DNA of 64,000 bases from a virus. Its lineage: Duplodnaviria; Heunggongvirae; Uroviricota; Caudoviricetes. The stretch's first letter is position 1; every line of letters starts with the position of its first letter. The translations under genes were made by a program, and so were the position numbers. The notes below the pieces were generated by a model. The model was not told the DNA's origin, made no database searches, and saw only the letters and a program-made list of their open reading frames with translations. Below, piece after piece: positions 49,586-59,032 of this stretch. The stretch lies in the IMG/VR virus record IMGVR_UViG_3300042401_002002. The stretch is one strand, 5' to 3'.

Positions 49586-50005
49586 ATGTATACTATATAT
49601 CATTCAAAGAAACTAACTAATTTATCACCTGTTAAATATAAACTTTTCAACTTAGGTGTTGCATTTGCGGTTAATTATTTAAAAATAGATAAAAATATTA
49701 AATTCAATATTTACTTATTTCATAAAGATGATAAAAGTAAACCACAAAATATTACCCTTGCTGCTTATGACCCACAAACCCACGATATTCATGTAAGAGC
49801 TGATAATAGAATATTAATGGATATATTAAGAAGTTTCTTTCACGAAATGGAACACTTCAGGGAGCAAACTCAAGGTGGAATAGATTTTTCAAAGTATGAT
49901 GATATCCACTGTGATACAGAATATAATGCAAATAAACAAGCAGGTATAATGTGTAAAGTATTTGCAAAAGAAAATAATGCTAAGTGGATTAATAGTATTG
50001 ATTAA
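49586..50005 (+). CDS. zincin-like (HExxH) metallopeptidase-domain protein
   Basis: FFHEMEH..Q, downstream E.NAN..AG. Confidence 0.68.
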   Translation: MYTIYHSKKLTNLSPVKYKLFNLGVAFAVNYLKIDKNIKFNIYLFHKDDKSKPQNITLAAYDPQTHDIHVRADNRILMDILRSFFHEMEHFREQTQGGIDFSKYDDIHCDTEYNANKQAGIMCKVFAKENNAKWINSID

Positions 50006-50022
50006 TTCATTTAATTAAAGAA

Positions 50023-50092
50023 ACGGCTTAGGACCGATTTGCTGTTACGGCAAAATTTGACCTGCATGATTCGCTCCCATGCAGGTTTTTTA
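50023..50092 (+). ncRNA. candidate small structured RNA: three hairpins ending in a terminator
   Basis: CGG-CTTAGGA-CCG; TTTGCTG-TTA-CGGCAAA; ACCTGCATG-9nt-CATGCAGGT plus T-run. Confidence 0.35.
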
Positions 50093-50145
50093 TTTAAAAA
50101 ATTGGATTTTATTAATTTTATATATTTATGTTTAAAACCAACTCT

Positions 50146-50994
50146 ATGAAAAAATGTGCTAAATGTAAAATAGAAAAACCTGAAACTGAATTCGGTAATA
50201 ATAAATCTTCAAAAGATGGATTACATTCTTATTGTAAAGAATGTGAAAATAAATGTTCTCGTGATAAATATTATAATAATCGTGAAAAAAAACTTAAACA
50301 ACTAAAAGATAAATATCAAAATGACATTGAATTTAAAAATAAAAGAAATTCAATAATAAACACAGATGAATTTAAAAATAAAAGAAATGAAAATGCTAGA
50401 AATAAACGTAAAAATAATGAAGAATATCGCGAAAAAATAAATAAACAAGAACGTGATAAATACAATAATAAAACTGAATTACGTGAAAAAAAACTAAAGA
50501 AAATAAGAGACAAAACTGCTAATGATAGTGAATTTCGTGAAAAAGAAAGCAAGCGAAAAAAAGAATACCACGCAACACCCAAAGGTAAAAAGGTATTAAA
50601 ACGTGCATATTCAAAATACATAAATAAACCTGAAAATAAAATGATTCGTACTATTCGTGATTTTATCCATAGAACATTAAAATATAAAAATGAAACATAT
50701 ACTAACAAAGATTTAGGTTATACTAAACATGAGCTAAAAGAACACCTAGAAAAACAATTTGATGAAAATATGTCATGGGACAATTATGGTATTTGGCATG
50801 TTGACCATATTATACCTATTACAAAGTTTGATAAAACAACACCGATATATGTTATTAATCACCTAGAAAATTTACAACCTTTAGATGGTACTGAAAATAT
50901 GAGTAAGAATAACCGCATCGAATTACTACCTGAACGAACAATCGGTGAATATGTTTTATTTTTAAATGAAAATAATAAGTATCAATTAAAATAA
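50146..50994 (+). CDS. HNH homing endonuclease, one zinc-finger repeat
   Basis: KKCAKCKIEK...DGLHSYCKEC; WHVDHIIP...NHLENLQPL...N. Confidence 0.85.
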   Translation: MKKCAKCKIEKPETEFGNNKSSKDGLHSYCKECENKCSRDKYYNNREKKLKQLKDKYQNDIEFKNKRNSIINTDEFKNKRNENARNKRKNNEEYREKINKQERDKYNNKTELREKKLKKIRDKTANDSEFREKESKRKKEYHATPKGKKVLKRAYSKYINKPENKMIRTIRDFIHRTLKYKNETYTNKDLGYTKHELKEHLEKQFDENMSWDNYGIWHVDHIIPITKFDKTTPIYVINHLENLQPLDGTENMSKNNRIELLPERTIGEYVLFLNENNKYQLK

Positions 50995-51026
50995 TTTGTT
51001 TTATTGAAACCTTTTATGTAGGTTTG
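50995..51026 (+). promoter_or_regulatory. Bacteroidota-type promoter
   Basis: TTTG-N20-TAGGTTTG. Confidence 0.75.
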
Positions 51027-51050
51027 CGTTATAGTTTAAAATTACATTTA

Positions 51051-51320
51051 ATGATATTATCAGAACAAGAAATAAACGGATTTGAGATTTGTAAGTATGA
51101 ATCTACAAACATAACACAAACCAGGTATAACATTGAAACCAAAGAACTAATTGTGTTTTTTGGTAGAGCAGGAAGAGTTTTTAAATATTTCCCTGTAGAA
51201 TACGATAATTATTTGTTTTTCAAAAGTAGTGAATCACAGGGTAAATATTTTATTGCTAATATTCAAAAGAATCCTGATATTGATTTTGAACCTTATAAAC
51301 CTATAGAACAAAATGATTAA
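51051..51320 (+). CDS. KTSC domain protein
   Basis: STNI...RYN..TKEL.V.F...YKY..V....F..SESQGKYF; likely start MILSEQ. Confidence 0.85.
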   Translation: MILSEQEINGFEICKYESTNITQTRYNIETKELIVFFGRAGRVFKYFPVEYDNYLFFKSSESQGKYFIANIQKNPDIDFEPYKPIEQND

Positions 51321-51579
51321 TTCAACAAAACGTTTAGAACGTAGGAATATAACCTATAGTGAAATTGGTTATAAAAGTCAAGGTAGTATGTTTGATTTAT
51401 TAGATAATAGTTTAAAAACTGTTGCTAGGATAAATGATGAACAATATGATTTCATTGCTGAAAACGCAAATGATGATGAATTAGATTTATTAGTTAAAGA
51501 AGAATTTACTTTTGCTGAAAAAAGACAATTTATTATTATGTTAGAAAAATATTTAACACAGTTTAACAATAAAAAATAA
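51313..51579 (+). CDS. hypothetical protein
   Basis: 88 aa, coupled. Confidence 0.6.
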   Translation: MINSTKRLERRNITYSEIGYKSQGSMFDLLDNSLKTVARINDEQYDFIAENANDDELDLLVKEEFTFAEKRQFIIMLEKYLTQFNNKK

Positions 51580-51905
51580 TGGAAAAATATTTAGAACTTT
51601 GTAAGAAGCATTACGAGATAATGGAAAAGAAAAACGTTCTTATTTCAGTTTACAGTAATGCGAGTGGGTTTTTGTGGCAAGTAATGAAAGTTGATAGTGG
51701 AACCGATTTAGGTTGGTCTGAATTTAATGGAAATTGTGAATTATCTGGTACGTTTATTAAATACGAAGATGCGCTAGAAGATGCTATTAATTTAATAGAA
51801 AAAGCTAATTTAGTTAAGTTTAAAAAAGAAACTAAAACTTCTGAGTTTCATTGGGGAAATTACGTACACTACTTAAATAAAAATTACAGAAATGACTCCA
51901 AATAA
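51579..51905 (+). CDS. hypothetical protein
   Basis: 108 aa, coupled. Confidence 0.6.
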   Translation: MEKYLELCKKHYEIMEKKNVLISVYSNASGFLWQVMKVDSGTDLGWSEFNGNCELSGTFIKYEDALEDAINLIEKANLVKFKKETKTSEFHWGNYVHYLNKNYRNDSK

Positions 51906-52227
51906 CTGGAAAATTAAACCTTCCAATATAACTGATGTGGTTAAAGAAAAGGTCCAAGAAACAAGTAATTTTCTCAAAGAACTAGAAAAAGATTTTCAAA
52001 AGTTCAAGAAAAATAATACCAGCAAGAAAGGTAAAAAAGAATGGCAAACTAATGTTAATATCGAATCAAAGTCGGGCATGTTTGAAGTAACAAATTTATT
52101 TGATACTAAACAAATTGTCTTTGATATTCACGATGACAAGCTCAATATAGATAAACCTATTCATTCAATAACTTTGAGTTATAAAGAATTCAAAGAATTA
52201 AGTAAATTTATTAAAAAAATATCTTAA
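51892..52227 (+). CDS. hypothetical protein
   Basis: 111 aa. Confidence 0.6.
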   Translation: MTPNNWKIKPSNITDVVKEKVQETSNFLKELEKDFQKFKKNNTSKKGKKEWQTNVNIESKSGMFEVTNLFDTKQIVFDIHDDKLNIDKPIHSITLSYKEFKELSKFIKKIS

Positions 52228-52230
52228 GAT

Positions 52231-53664
52231 ATGGAAATAAACAATACTAAAAAATGTACCAAGTGTGGTGTTGAAAAAGAGTTGAGCGAGTTTGCTAAAA
52301 ATAAAAATACAAAAGATGGTGTAAAACCTGCTTGTAAAACTTGTGTAAATAAACAAACATCTGAAAAATATTTTAATGATTCAATTTTACGTGAAAAACG
52401 AAGTCAAGAAGCTAAAGAACGTTATAAAGAAAAACTTAAGGTTGAGAAAATAACTATTGATTTTTCAGCTTCAAAACCTTGTATTAAATGTGGTGTTGAA
52501 AAAACATTAGATAAATACACCAAAAATATATCTTCTATAGATGGTGTTGAAAATGTTTGTAAAGATTGTAAAAATGAACATAAAAGAAACAAGGTTAAAA
52601 ATGATTCAGAATATCGTGAAAAATTAAATAAACGAGGTAGAGATAGATATTTACAAAAAGCAAATGAAAACAAACAACAAGACCTTAATTTAATATTAAA
52701 GGTTTGTAGTAAATGTGGTATTGAAAAAGATGGTACCTGTTTTAATAAACACAAAAGTAGACAAGACGGATTAACAGGTGTTTGTAAAGAATGTAGAAAT
52801 AAATATTTACGTGATAAAGGTAAAGAAAACCCTGAATATCGTTATATGATAAATCAAAAAAGACAGGATAAAATTATTTTTAAAAAATATACATTTAAAG
52901 GTGTTGATAATACAATATTGAAACCTTGTAGTAAATGTGGTATTGAAAAAACTTTAGATAAATTTTCCAAAGAAATATTATGTACTGATGGTACTAAAAA
53001 TATTTGTAATGAATGTAAAAATGAACGAAACAAGGGAATACTAAATAATAATCCTGAACGTAGAATTAAATACAATACACAAAGACGTAATAAAATTAAC
53101 AACAATATTGAATATCGTAACAAAATCCGTCAAAAACAAAGGGAATTTTTAAAAAATAACCCAGAAATTAAAGAAAGGTATAAACAAACCCAAAAAGAAA
53201 AGTTTAACGACCCTGAGTATCGTGTTATCTATAATAATAGACAACGTAAATATCACTCATCACCTAGTAGTAAAAAAGCTAGAAAAATAAGAGAATCTAG
53301 ACCCGAATACAAAATAGCCAAAGCTATGAGACATTCAGTTAAAAGAGTGTTAAATTATAGTGATGGTAATTTTATAAATGAAAAATTAGGTTATACCAAA
53401 CATGAATTAATGGAACATTTAGAAAAACAGTTTGATGAAAATATGTCATGGAACAATTACGGTACTTGGCATATTGACCATATCATACCTATAACTAAGT
53501 TTGACAAAACAACACCTTCTTACATAATCAATCATCTTGAAAATTTACAACCTTTAGATGGTACAGAAAATAAAAGTAAAAATAATCGTATTGAATTAAT
53601 TCCTGAAATTTCAATTGGTGAATATGTATTATTTTTAAATGAATCAGGTAAATATCAACTATAA
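52231..53664 (+). CDS. HNH homing endonuclease, four zinc-finger repeats
   Basis: 4x KxCxKCG(V/I)EK...DG....CxxC; WHIDHIIP...NHLENLQPL. Confidence 0.87.
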   Translation: MEINNTKKCTKCGVEKELSEFAKNKNTKDGVKPACKTCVNKQTSEKYFNDSILREKRSQEAKERYKEKLKVEKITIDFSASKPCIKCGVEKTLDKYTKNISSIDGVENVCKDCKNEHKRNKVKNDSEYREKLNKRGRDRYLQKANENKQQDLNLILKVCSKCGIEKDGTCFNKHKSRQDGLTGVCKECRNKYLRDKGKENPEYRYMINQKRQDKIIFKKYTFKGVDNTILKPCSKCGIEKTLDKFSKEILCTDGTKNICNECKNERNKGILNNNPERRIKYNTQRRNKINNNIEYRNKIRQKQREFLKNNPEIKERYKQTQKEKFNDPEYRVIYNNRQRKYHSSPSSKKARKIRESRPEYKIAKAMRHSVKRVLNYSDGNFINEKLGYTKHELMEHLEKQFDENMSWNNYGTWHIDHIIPITKFDKTTPSYIINHLENLQPLDGTENKSKNNRIELIPEISIGEYVLFLNESGKYQL

Positions 53665-53670
53665 AACAGA

Positions 53671-53702
53671 AAAACCTCTCCTAATTTCTTAAGAGAGGTT
53701 TT
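53671..53702. terminator. bidirectional terminator, AAACCTC-family hairpin
   Basis: AAAACCTCTC-CTAATTTCTTAA-GAGAGGTTTT. Confidence 0.8.
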
Positions 53703-53722
53703 CTTTTTACATTTTAAGTTAA

Positions 53723-56398
53723 TTAAACATTAGCAAAACTTGCACCTTGGTTTGAAATTATCATACTAACCCCGATATATTCCAAACTCTTTACAGGTTT
53801 AACATAAATATTAAAATACAACTCATTACGTTCTCTAGTTGAACTATCATTAATATCAGCAAATGTAATTTTAGCATCCAATAACCCTCTTTCTGACCTA
53901 ACAGCATTAAGTATTGGATTAGCCTGGTCCAAGAACTGATTAATTACTGTATCATCATTAGGTTCAAACAACAAACCTCTTGCAATATTTGAGAATTGTC
54001 TACCTAAATACAAGAACAAACGTCTAACATTAATTCTATCTAAAGCAGATGGTTTAGTTGGTGATTTAAGAGTTTTATTACCAAACACATCAATTACACC
54101 ACCAAAATTAGCCACTGGGTTAATTGCTTGAGCGTATAAAACATCTCTTGCAGATTCTTTCAATTTAAATCTAACTTTATTAGCGTTCAACAAACCTCTA
54201 GTTGTACCAGCAGTTGCAAACCAACTATAGAATTTATTATCAGTGAATGCGAATGCTCTAGCCATCTCTCCGGTTGGTGGAATGTAAACGTTAACATTAT
54301 TATCTGTATCTAAAATCTGAATATGTGGTCCATAAGTACAAGCATAAGTGGTATCTAAATCAGCCGCTTCAATTAAACTAGCAATAGAACTAGCATAAGT
54401 TTCAGAAGTTTCATTAGGTAAATCTGGTGAGTCCATAATATACAAGAAATCACCTCTTTCATTTTCAATTAAGTCAACAACTTCATTTACTAATGTAAGG
54501 TTATCTGACCAGTTAAGTCCAGGTGTTGCAAACAAGTTAATAGGTGTTTCCTCAGCATTACTGAATGTTGCAATACCTTGTTCCCATGCTTGATAATCTG
54601 CACCTAAGAAATAACCACTACCACCTTTAGCATATCTAGGTGTAATAGTTCTTTGGTCTCTATATTCATCCCAACCATCAAAACCACCATAAGCAGTTAC
54701 AGTGAATTTTCTAGTGTTTTTATCGAAATATTTATTGTTAACATTTCTAACATCTGTAATAGTTTGTAATGTATCAGCACCTGTAACAAATTGACCAATT
54801 GAATAAGTACCATCAGTATAAGTACCTGTTGCACCTGAATCAAAGTGGAAACCTTTTGTTTTATTTACACTAGCTGAAGCTAAATTACCAGAGAATTGGA
54901 AGAAATCAGAATTAAGACCAGAACCAACAGTAGTTGTACTATCATAAGCTCTTTCTGAAATACCCAAGAAAACACGTTTAACTTTATCAGAATCAGCGTA
55001 AGATGATTTATATAATAATGTTGGTGTTTGTCCTGTATTAGTTACACCATTTACATAACCTCTTAAATTATAACCTTCAAAACCGCCAGGTAAAGTTGTT
55101 TCATCAATATTATCATAATCAGCGAATTCTAAATAAACATAAGAAGATTGATTATCGTAATTTTCACCACCATCACCAATTCTTTTACCTATAAAGTTAG
55201 TACTAGATTTTGATAAAGAACATCTAGTATATGATTCCAATACAGACATACTATCATCAGTATCATTAAAATCTCTAATAATTACATCAAACTCACCTGT
55301 TTCTGGTGAAACATTAGCAATAGAAACTTTAACAAATGTATTAGCTGCATTACCATCTGAGAATAAAACAAACCTAAACAATCTATCAACTTTATTTCCT
55401 TTTAGTAAAGAAACAATCCAAGGTGTCTCAGGTGTTTTGTAACCTGTATTAAATTCAGTTGTTTCAGTAAATAATGATAATGTAGGTGAAACACCATACA
55501 ATGCACCGTCATTATACAATTTTGAAATTAAAGCATCGTAAGATTTTTCAACAAAAATATCTGCTGTTTTATCTTTATGTTTAGTACCTAAAACTTTAGT
55601 AATATAAGATGAAGATTTTGGGTCAATAGATACTGTATAAGTATTAGTTGATGTACCTGATAATGTAAAGTTACTGTAAGGTGAACTATTTGCTACAGTT
55701 GAATCGCTAATAGTTAATCCTGAAATATTATAAATTAGTGTATCATTACTATAATAACCTCTACTTCTTAACAAACCAACAACCATACCTTCATAAGCAG
55801 CATAAGGTGTAGCTGTTTGAGTAGTTGCTGTATACGATACTGTACCTGTCAAACCATTAATTGTAGAAACAGCAGTTTGAGGGATAATAGTTACATAATT
55901 TCTGTTAAATGTAGCACCAGGTGTTGTAGCTCTAGTAAACGAAGTATAACCTGTTTGAGTAACACCTGTAGTTGTAATAGTTATACCACTAAACACACCA
56001 CCTGTATAAGTAGTTGACCCGGTTGTAGTACTACCATTAGCGATAGTTGCAGGGTCATAGTTAGCTAAAACTTTAATAGCGTAACCATTTCCAGAAGCGT
56101 AACCGCTTTTACCCAAAATTCTAGTAACAAATAAATTATTACCTTCACTTAAAAAAGAATCTGCATAGTAAGGTAATGTATATTTAAGGTTTCCACCTAT
56201 TTTTTCAATACTTTTACCACCAAAAACTTTTTTAAACTGGGTTTTATTTGTTATTTGCTGAGGTTCAAAAGCTGGACCTTGCGTTGTTTCACCCAATAAA
56301 CCTAATGCAGTAACACCCAAAGCAACACCACCATTATATTGGCTGTTATCAATCTCCCTTACTTTAACGGTTGGTGATACGAAAATAAAATCACTCAT
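53723..56398 (-). CDS. tail sheath protein (T4 gp18-like)
   Basis: FVSPTVKVREID, GETTQGPAFEP, INLFATPG, WFATAG..RG, LDRINVRRL, LLFEPND. Confidence 0.95.
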   Translation of the reverse strand: MSDFIFVSPTVKVREIDNSQYNGGVALGVTALGLLGETTQGPAFEPQQITNKTQFKKVFGGKSIEKIGGNLKYTLPYYADSFLSEGNNLFVTRILGKSGYASGNGYAIKVLANYDPATIANGSTTTGSTTYTGGVFSGITITTTGVTQTGYTSFTRATTPGATFNRNYVTIIPQTAVSTINGLTGTVSYTATTQTATPYAAYEGMVVGLLRSRGYYSNDTLIYNISGLTISDSTVANSSPYSNFTLSGTSTNTYTVSIDPKSSSYITKVLGTKHKDKTADIFVEKSYDALISKLYNDGALYGVSPTLSLFTETTEFNTGYKTPETPWIVSLLKGNKVDRLFRFVLFSDGNAANTFVKVSIANVSPETGEFDVIIRDFNDTDDSMSVLESYTRCSLSKSSTNFIGKRIGDGGENYDNQSSYVYLEFADYDNIDETTLPGGFEGYNLRGYVNGVTNTGQTPTLLYKSSYADSDKVKRVFLGISERAYDSTTTVGSGLNSDFFQFSGNLASASVNKTKGFHFDSGATGTYTDGTYSIGQFVTGADTLQTITDVRNVNNKYFDKNTRKFTVTAYGGFDGWDEYRDQRTITPRYAKGGSGYFLGADYQAWEQGIATFSNAEETPINLFATPGLNWSDNLTLVNEVVDLIENERGDFLYIMDSPDLPNETSETYASSIASLIEAADLDTTYACTYGPHIQILDTDNNVNVYIPPTGEMARAFAFTDNKFYSWFATAGTTRGLLNANKVRFKLKESARDVLYAQAINPVANFGGVIDVFGNKTLKSPTKPSALDRINVRRLFLYLGRQFSNIARGLLFEPNDDTVINQFLDQANPILNAVRSERGLLDAKITFADINDSSTRERNELYFNIYVKPVKSLEYIGVSMIISNQGASFANV

Positions 56399-56605
56399 TT
56401 ATAATAGTATATTAAATAATTAGTTTAGTTTTATTTTAAATAGTTTTTAAAAATCCAAAAAAAGTCTTATTTATTAAAAACAACTATGGGTTTCGGTTTT
56501 ATTTTTATAGTCATTTCTTCATTTTTTATTGTTGTTTTCAATAAAAAAATTTTCACCAAATGTGGTTCATGTTCAGACAGTAAACCTAAAATAAAATAAA
56601 TAAAA

Positions 56606-58042
56606 ATGGAAAAAATAACAACTATATTACCTAGCAAAAAGGTATTTAATTCATCCGACAAAGATTTATTTCTTAATATAAATTTAGAATCTGATTCTAA
56701 TGATTTACCTTTAACTGAAAATATTAATACTATTCTAAACTTAAGTGAATTATTAACAACTGAACGAGAAGAAAGTAAAAAATATTACCTTAATGGTACT
56801 GTTGATATTATCGCACCGTTTATTAACAGTTTTAAAAATCCTATAACTATTAGTAATATATTTAATTACTATAATGGTAATGATATTAAAAGTAATTATG
56901 TTTCTATTACTGATTTATTTAAAATACATATTTGTATTCCTAATTCATTAGAAATAATAACAGGTAATACTTATAAATTATTTCTTAAATCTTTATACAC
57001 ATCAGATGATAAAATAATTTTTAATCAATCAGGTTTTTCACAGAATTTATTTAGTGAACCCGTTTACCAGTATATTAATAAGAAAAGTGTTGATTTATCA
57101 ACTTATAATGATATTATTTCTGATGATGAAAAAATAATCTTACCTATTACAGATTTTTATATTTTTTTAGAATTTAAGAATAATTCAAATTATTATATTG
57201 ACACAATATATGATTACAATAAATTGTTTTATTCTGAAATTATATATGATAATAATGAATTTACATTTACTGAAAGTAATAATTACATTGAAACAATAAA
57301 ATTACCTATTACTAGCGGTACAACATCTTTAGAATTACAATACATTTATGAACCTTTTACTAAAATAAAAATAAAAGATTTTGATAATGATGTTGAATTT
57401 GGTAATATTAAAAATGAAACAAATATACCTTATTATGCAAGTATTCAAGATGACCAAACTAATAATTACAATAGTTTAAAAAGTGAATTTTATACATTTA
57501 ATGAATTTCCAATTTTTAGTGGTTCAAGCAGATTAACAACTTCAGACCCTTTATTAATGTTACCTAGAAAATTTATATATGACACTAAAACTAATAGTCA
57601 AGTTTATTTTTTAGAAAATACGATTTATGACATTAATAGATTAGAAGTTAGTTATAGTAAATACAATGATTTATCAACTAAAATAAAACTTGATTACTAC
57701 ACTGATTATTATAGTGATGTTATTGATACATATAAAGGTATTAATAAACTATTGTTTAAATTGGGTAATATTAACCAAGGTGATATGTTATATTTTACTT
57801 ATCATAGCGGTGAGAATTATATCTGGCGAGATTTATTAGCTAATGGAATAGTTGATGTTGAAAACAATCTAGGTGTTAATTTTCCTTTTGTAAATGGGTA
57901 TCACTATGTTCAGAATAATTTAAAATATATTATACAACCTAATTTAGATAATATTGACACGTTTAATGTTTACAACACATTTAAATTTACATCAGAAAAT
58001 AACAAAAATATTTTGAATAATAATTTTAACCAGAATTGTTGA
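56606..58042 (+). CDS. putative virion structural protein
   Basis: 478 aa; W(R/K)DL...G...D.PFVNG.HY pattern; divergent from sheath. Confidence 0.55.
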   Translation: MEKITTILPSKKVFNSSDKDLFLNINLESDSNDLPLTENINTILNLSELLTTEREESKKYYLNGTVDIIAPFINSFKNPITISNIFNYYNGNDIKSNYVSITDLFKIHICIPNSLEIITGNTYKLFLKSLYTSDDKIIFNQSGFSQNLFSEPVYQYINKKSVDLSTYNDIISDDEKIILPITDFYIFLEFKNNSNYYIDTIYDYNKLFYSEIIYDNNEFTFTESNNYIETIKLPITSGTTSLELQYIYEPFTKIKIKDFDNDVEFGNIKNETNIPYYASIQDDQTNNYNSLKSEFYTFNEFPIFSGSSRLTTSDPLLMLPRKFIYDTKTNSQVYFLENTIYDINRLEVSYSKYNDLSTKIKLDYYTDYYSDVIDTYKGINKLLFKLGNINQGDMLYFTYHSGENYIWRDLLANGIVDVENNLGVNFPFVNGYHYVQNNLKYIIQPNLDNIDTFNVYNTFKFTSENNKNILNNNFNQNC

Positions 58043-58056
58043 TAGTTAAAAACAAT

Positions 58057-58189
58057 AACTAACAGAATATTTGCTAAAGTGGGTTTTTATTCCTACATTT
58101 GTTTCTCAATCTAAAATTCTACTAAAAACCAAGTTATGAACTTTATACAATCTTTAATAACCCACCTTCGCAAATATTTAATGTTGTGT
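58057..58189 (+). repeat. attC-like site A, copy 2
   Basis: R'' AACTAAC, same arms as copy 1, R' GTTGTGT at 58183-89. Confidence 0.72.
58070..58101 (+). promoter_or_regulatory. Bacteroidota-type promoter embedded in site A copy 2
   Basis: TTTG-N20-TACATTTG. Confidence 0.75.
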
Positions 58190-58651
58190 GTTAGTTTGGT
58201 AAGACCGAAACGTAAAACAGAGTTGCAAGAGAATGAAAAAATTGGTAAGTTTGAGAATAACTTATATGAATTTATTATGATAAACAACCCTGAAGCTAAA
58301 AATAAAATAGAATCATTTGAAACACACAAATTATTTTCAAAATTTTTAAAAGAAAAAATAATTTTAGATGATATAAAAGAAATAACTGAATTTATATCAG
58401 AAAGTAAGACTATTATAAATATTGAATTACTTTTTTCAGAAGTTCATATAAAATATGAAGGTTTTATACATGAATCAGGTTTAATCAAAAACAAATATAT
58501 AGTAAAAGATAAAAATTTCAATGTGTTATATGAATTTAAAATAATTAAAAATTACCCAGGACTTTACTGTGAAATTAACAACACAAATCAAGAGTTTAAT
58601 GACGTAATGTTCATTAATATTATAATGAAAATAATTAATAATTTAAAATAA
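58136..58651 (+). CDS. hypothetical: attC-encoded leader fused to a different cargo
   Basis: MNFIQSLITHLRKYLMLCVSLVRP... leader, then ~130 unrelated aa. Confidence 0.62.
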   Translation: MNFIQSLITHLRKYLMLCVSLVRPKRKTELQENEKIGKFENNLYEFIMINNPEAKNKIESFETHKLFSKFLKEKIILDDIKEITEFISESKTIINIELLFSEVHIKYEGFIHESGLIKNKYIVKDKNFNVLYEFKIIKNYPGLYCEINNTNQEFNDVMFINIIMKIINNLK

Positions 58652-59026
58652 ATTCTGTTGAAAGGTTTGGTTGTTAAAGATTACCCTAGTTTCTGTCAAA
58701 ACTAGGGTTGTCTGCTCTACTTTCTTATTTCAAAAAATGTAATTTTATTCACATTAATATTAGTAGTTTTGTTAAAGTACATGGCAACGACAAATGCCAG
58801 AAACAATAGTTTGTAAAAATTTGACATATAAAAATTATTTAGACAGCAATCTACAAACTTTGACAATAACAACCAAACCCAAGACAGAAATAACAAAACC
58901 AACACACAACATGGGTTTGGTAAAAGCAGGGCTGACGTGAATAACCGAGTTTCTACTTCTACCAAACTTAAGTTGTCAAACAAAGTGATGTAATTTTAAA
59001 CCCTGCCTTCACCAAGCCCTTTGACG
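58184..59026 (+). mobile_element. putative integron-like gene cassette 2 (843 bp)
   Basis: Same boundaries as cassette 1, different interior. Confidence 0.62.
58683..58708 (+). terminator. hairpin after cassette 2 cargo
   Basis: ACCCTAGTTT...AAACTAGGGT. Confidence 0.6.
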
Positions 59027-59032
59027 TTAGTT
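58904..59032 (+). repeat. attC-like site B, copy 2
   Basis: R'' ACACAAC 58904-10, R' GTTAGTT 59026-32; arms identical to copy 1. Confidence 0.75.

Noticed and set aside
58717-58983. 88-aa minus-strand ORF over site B copy 2 (also 27668..27880 and 58111..58329)
   Set aside because: Antisense shadows of the repeats, with TTG or weak starts and no promoter motif.
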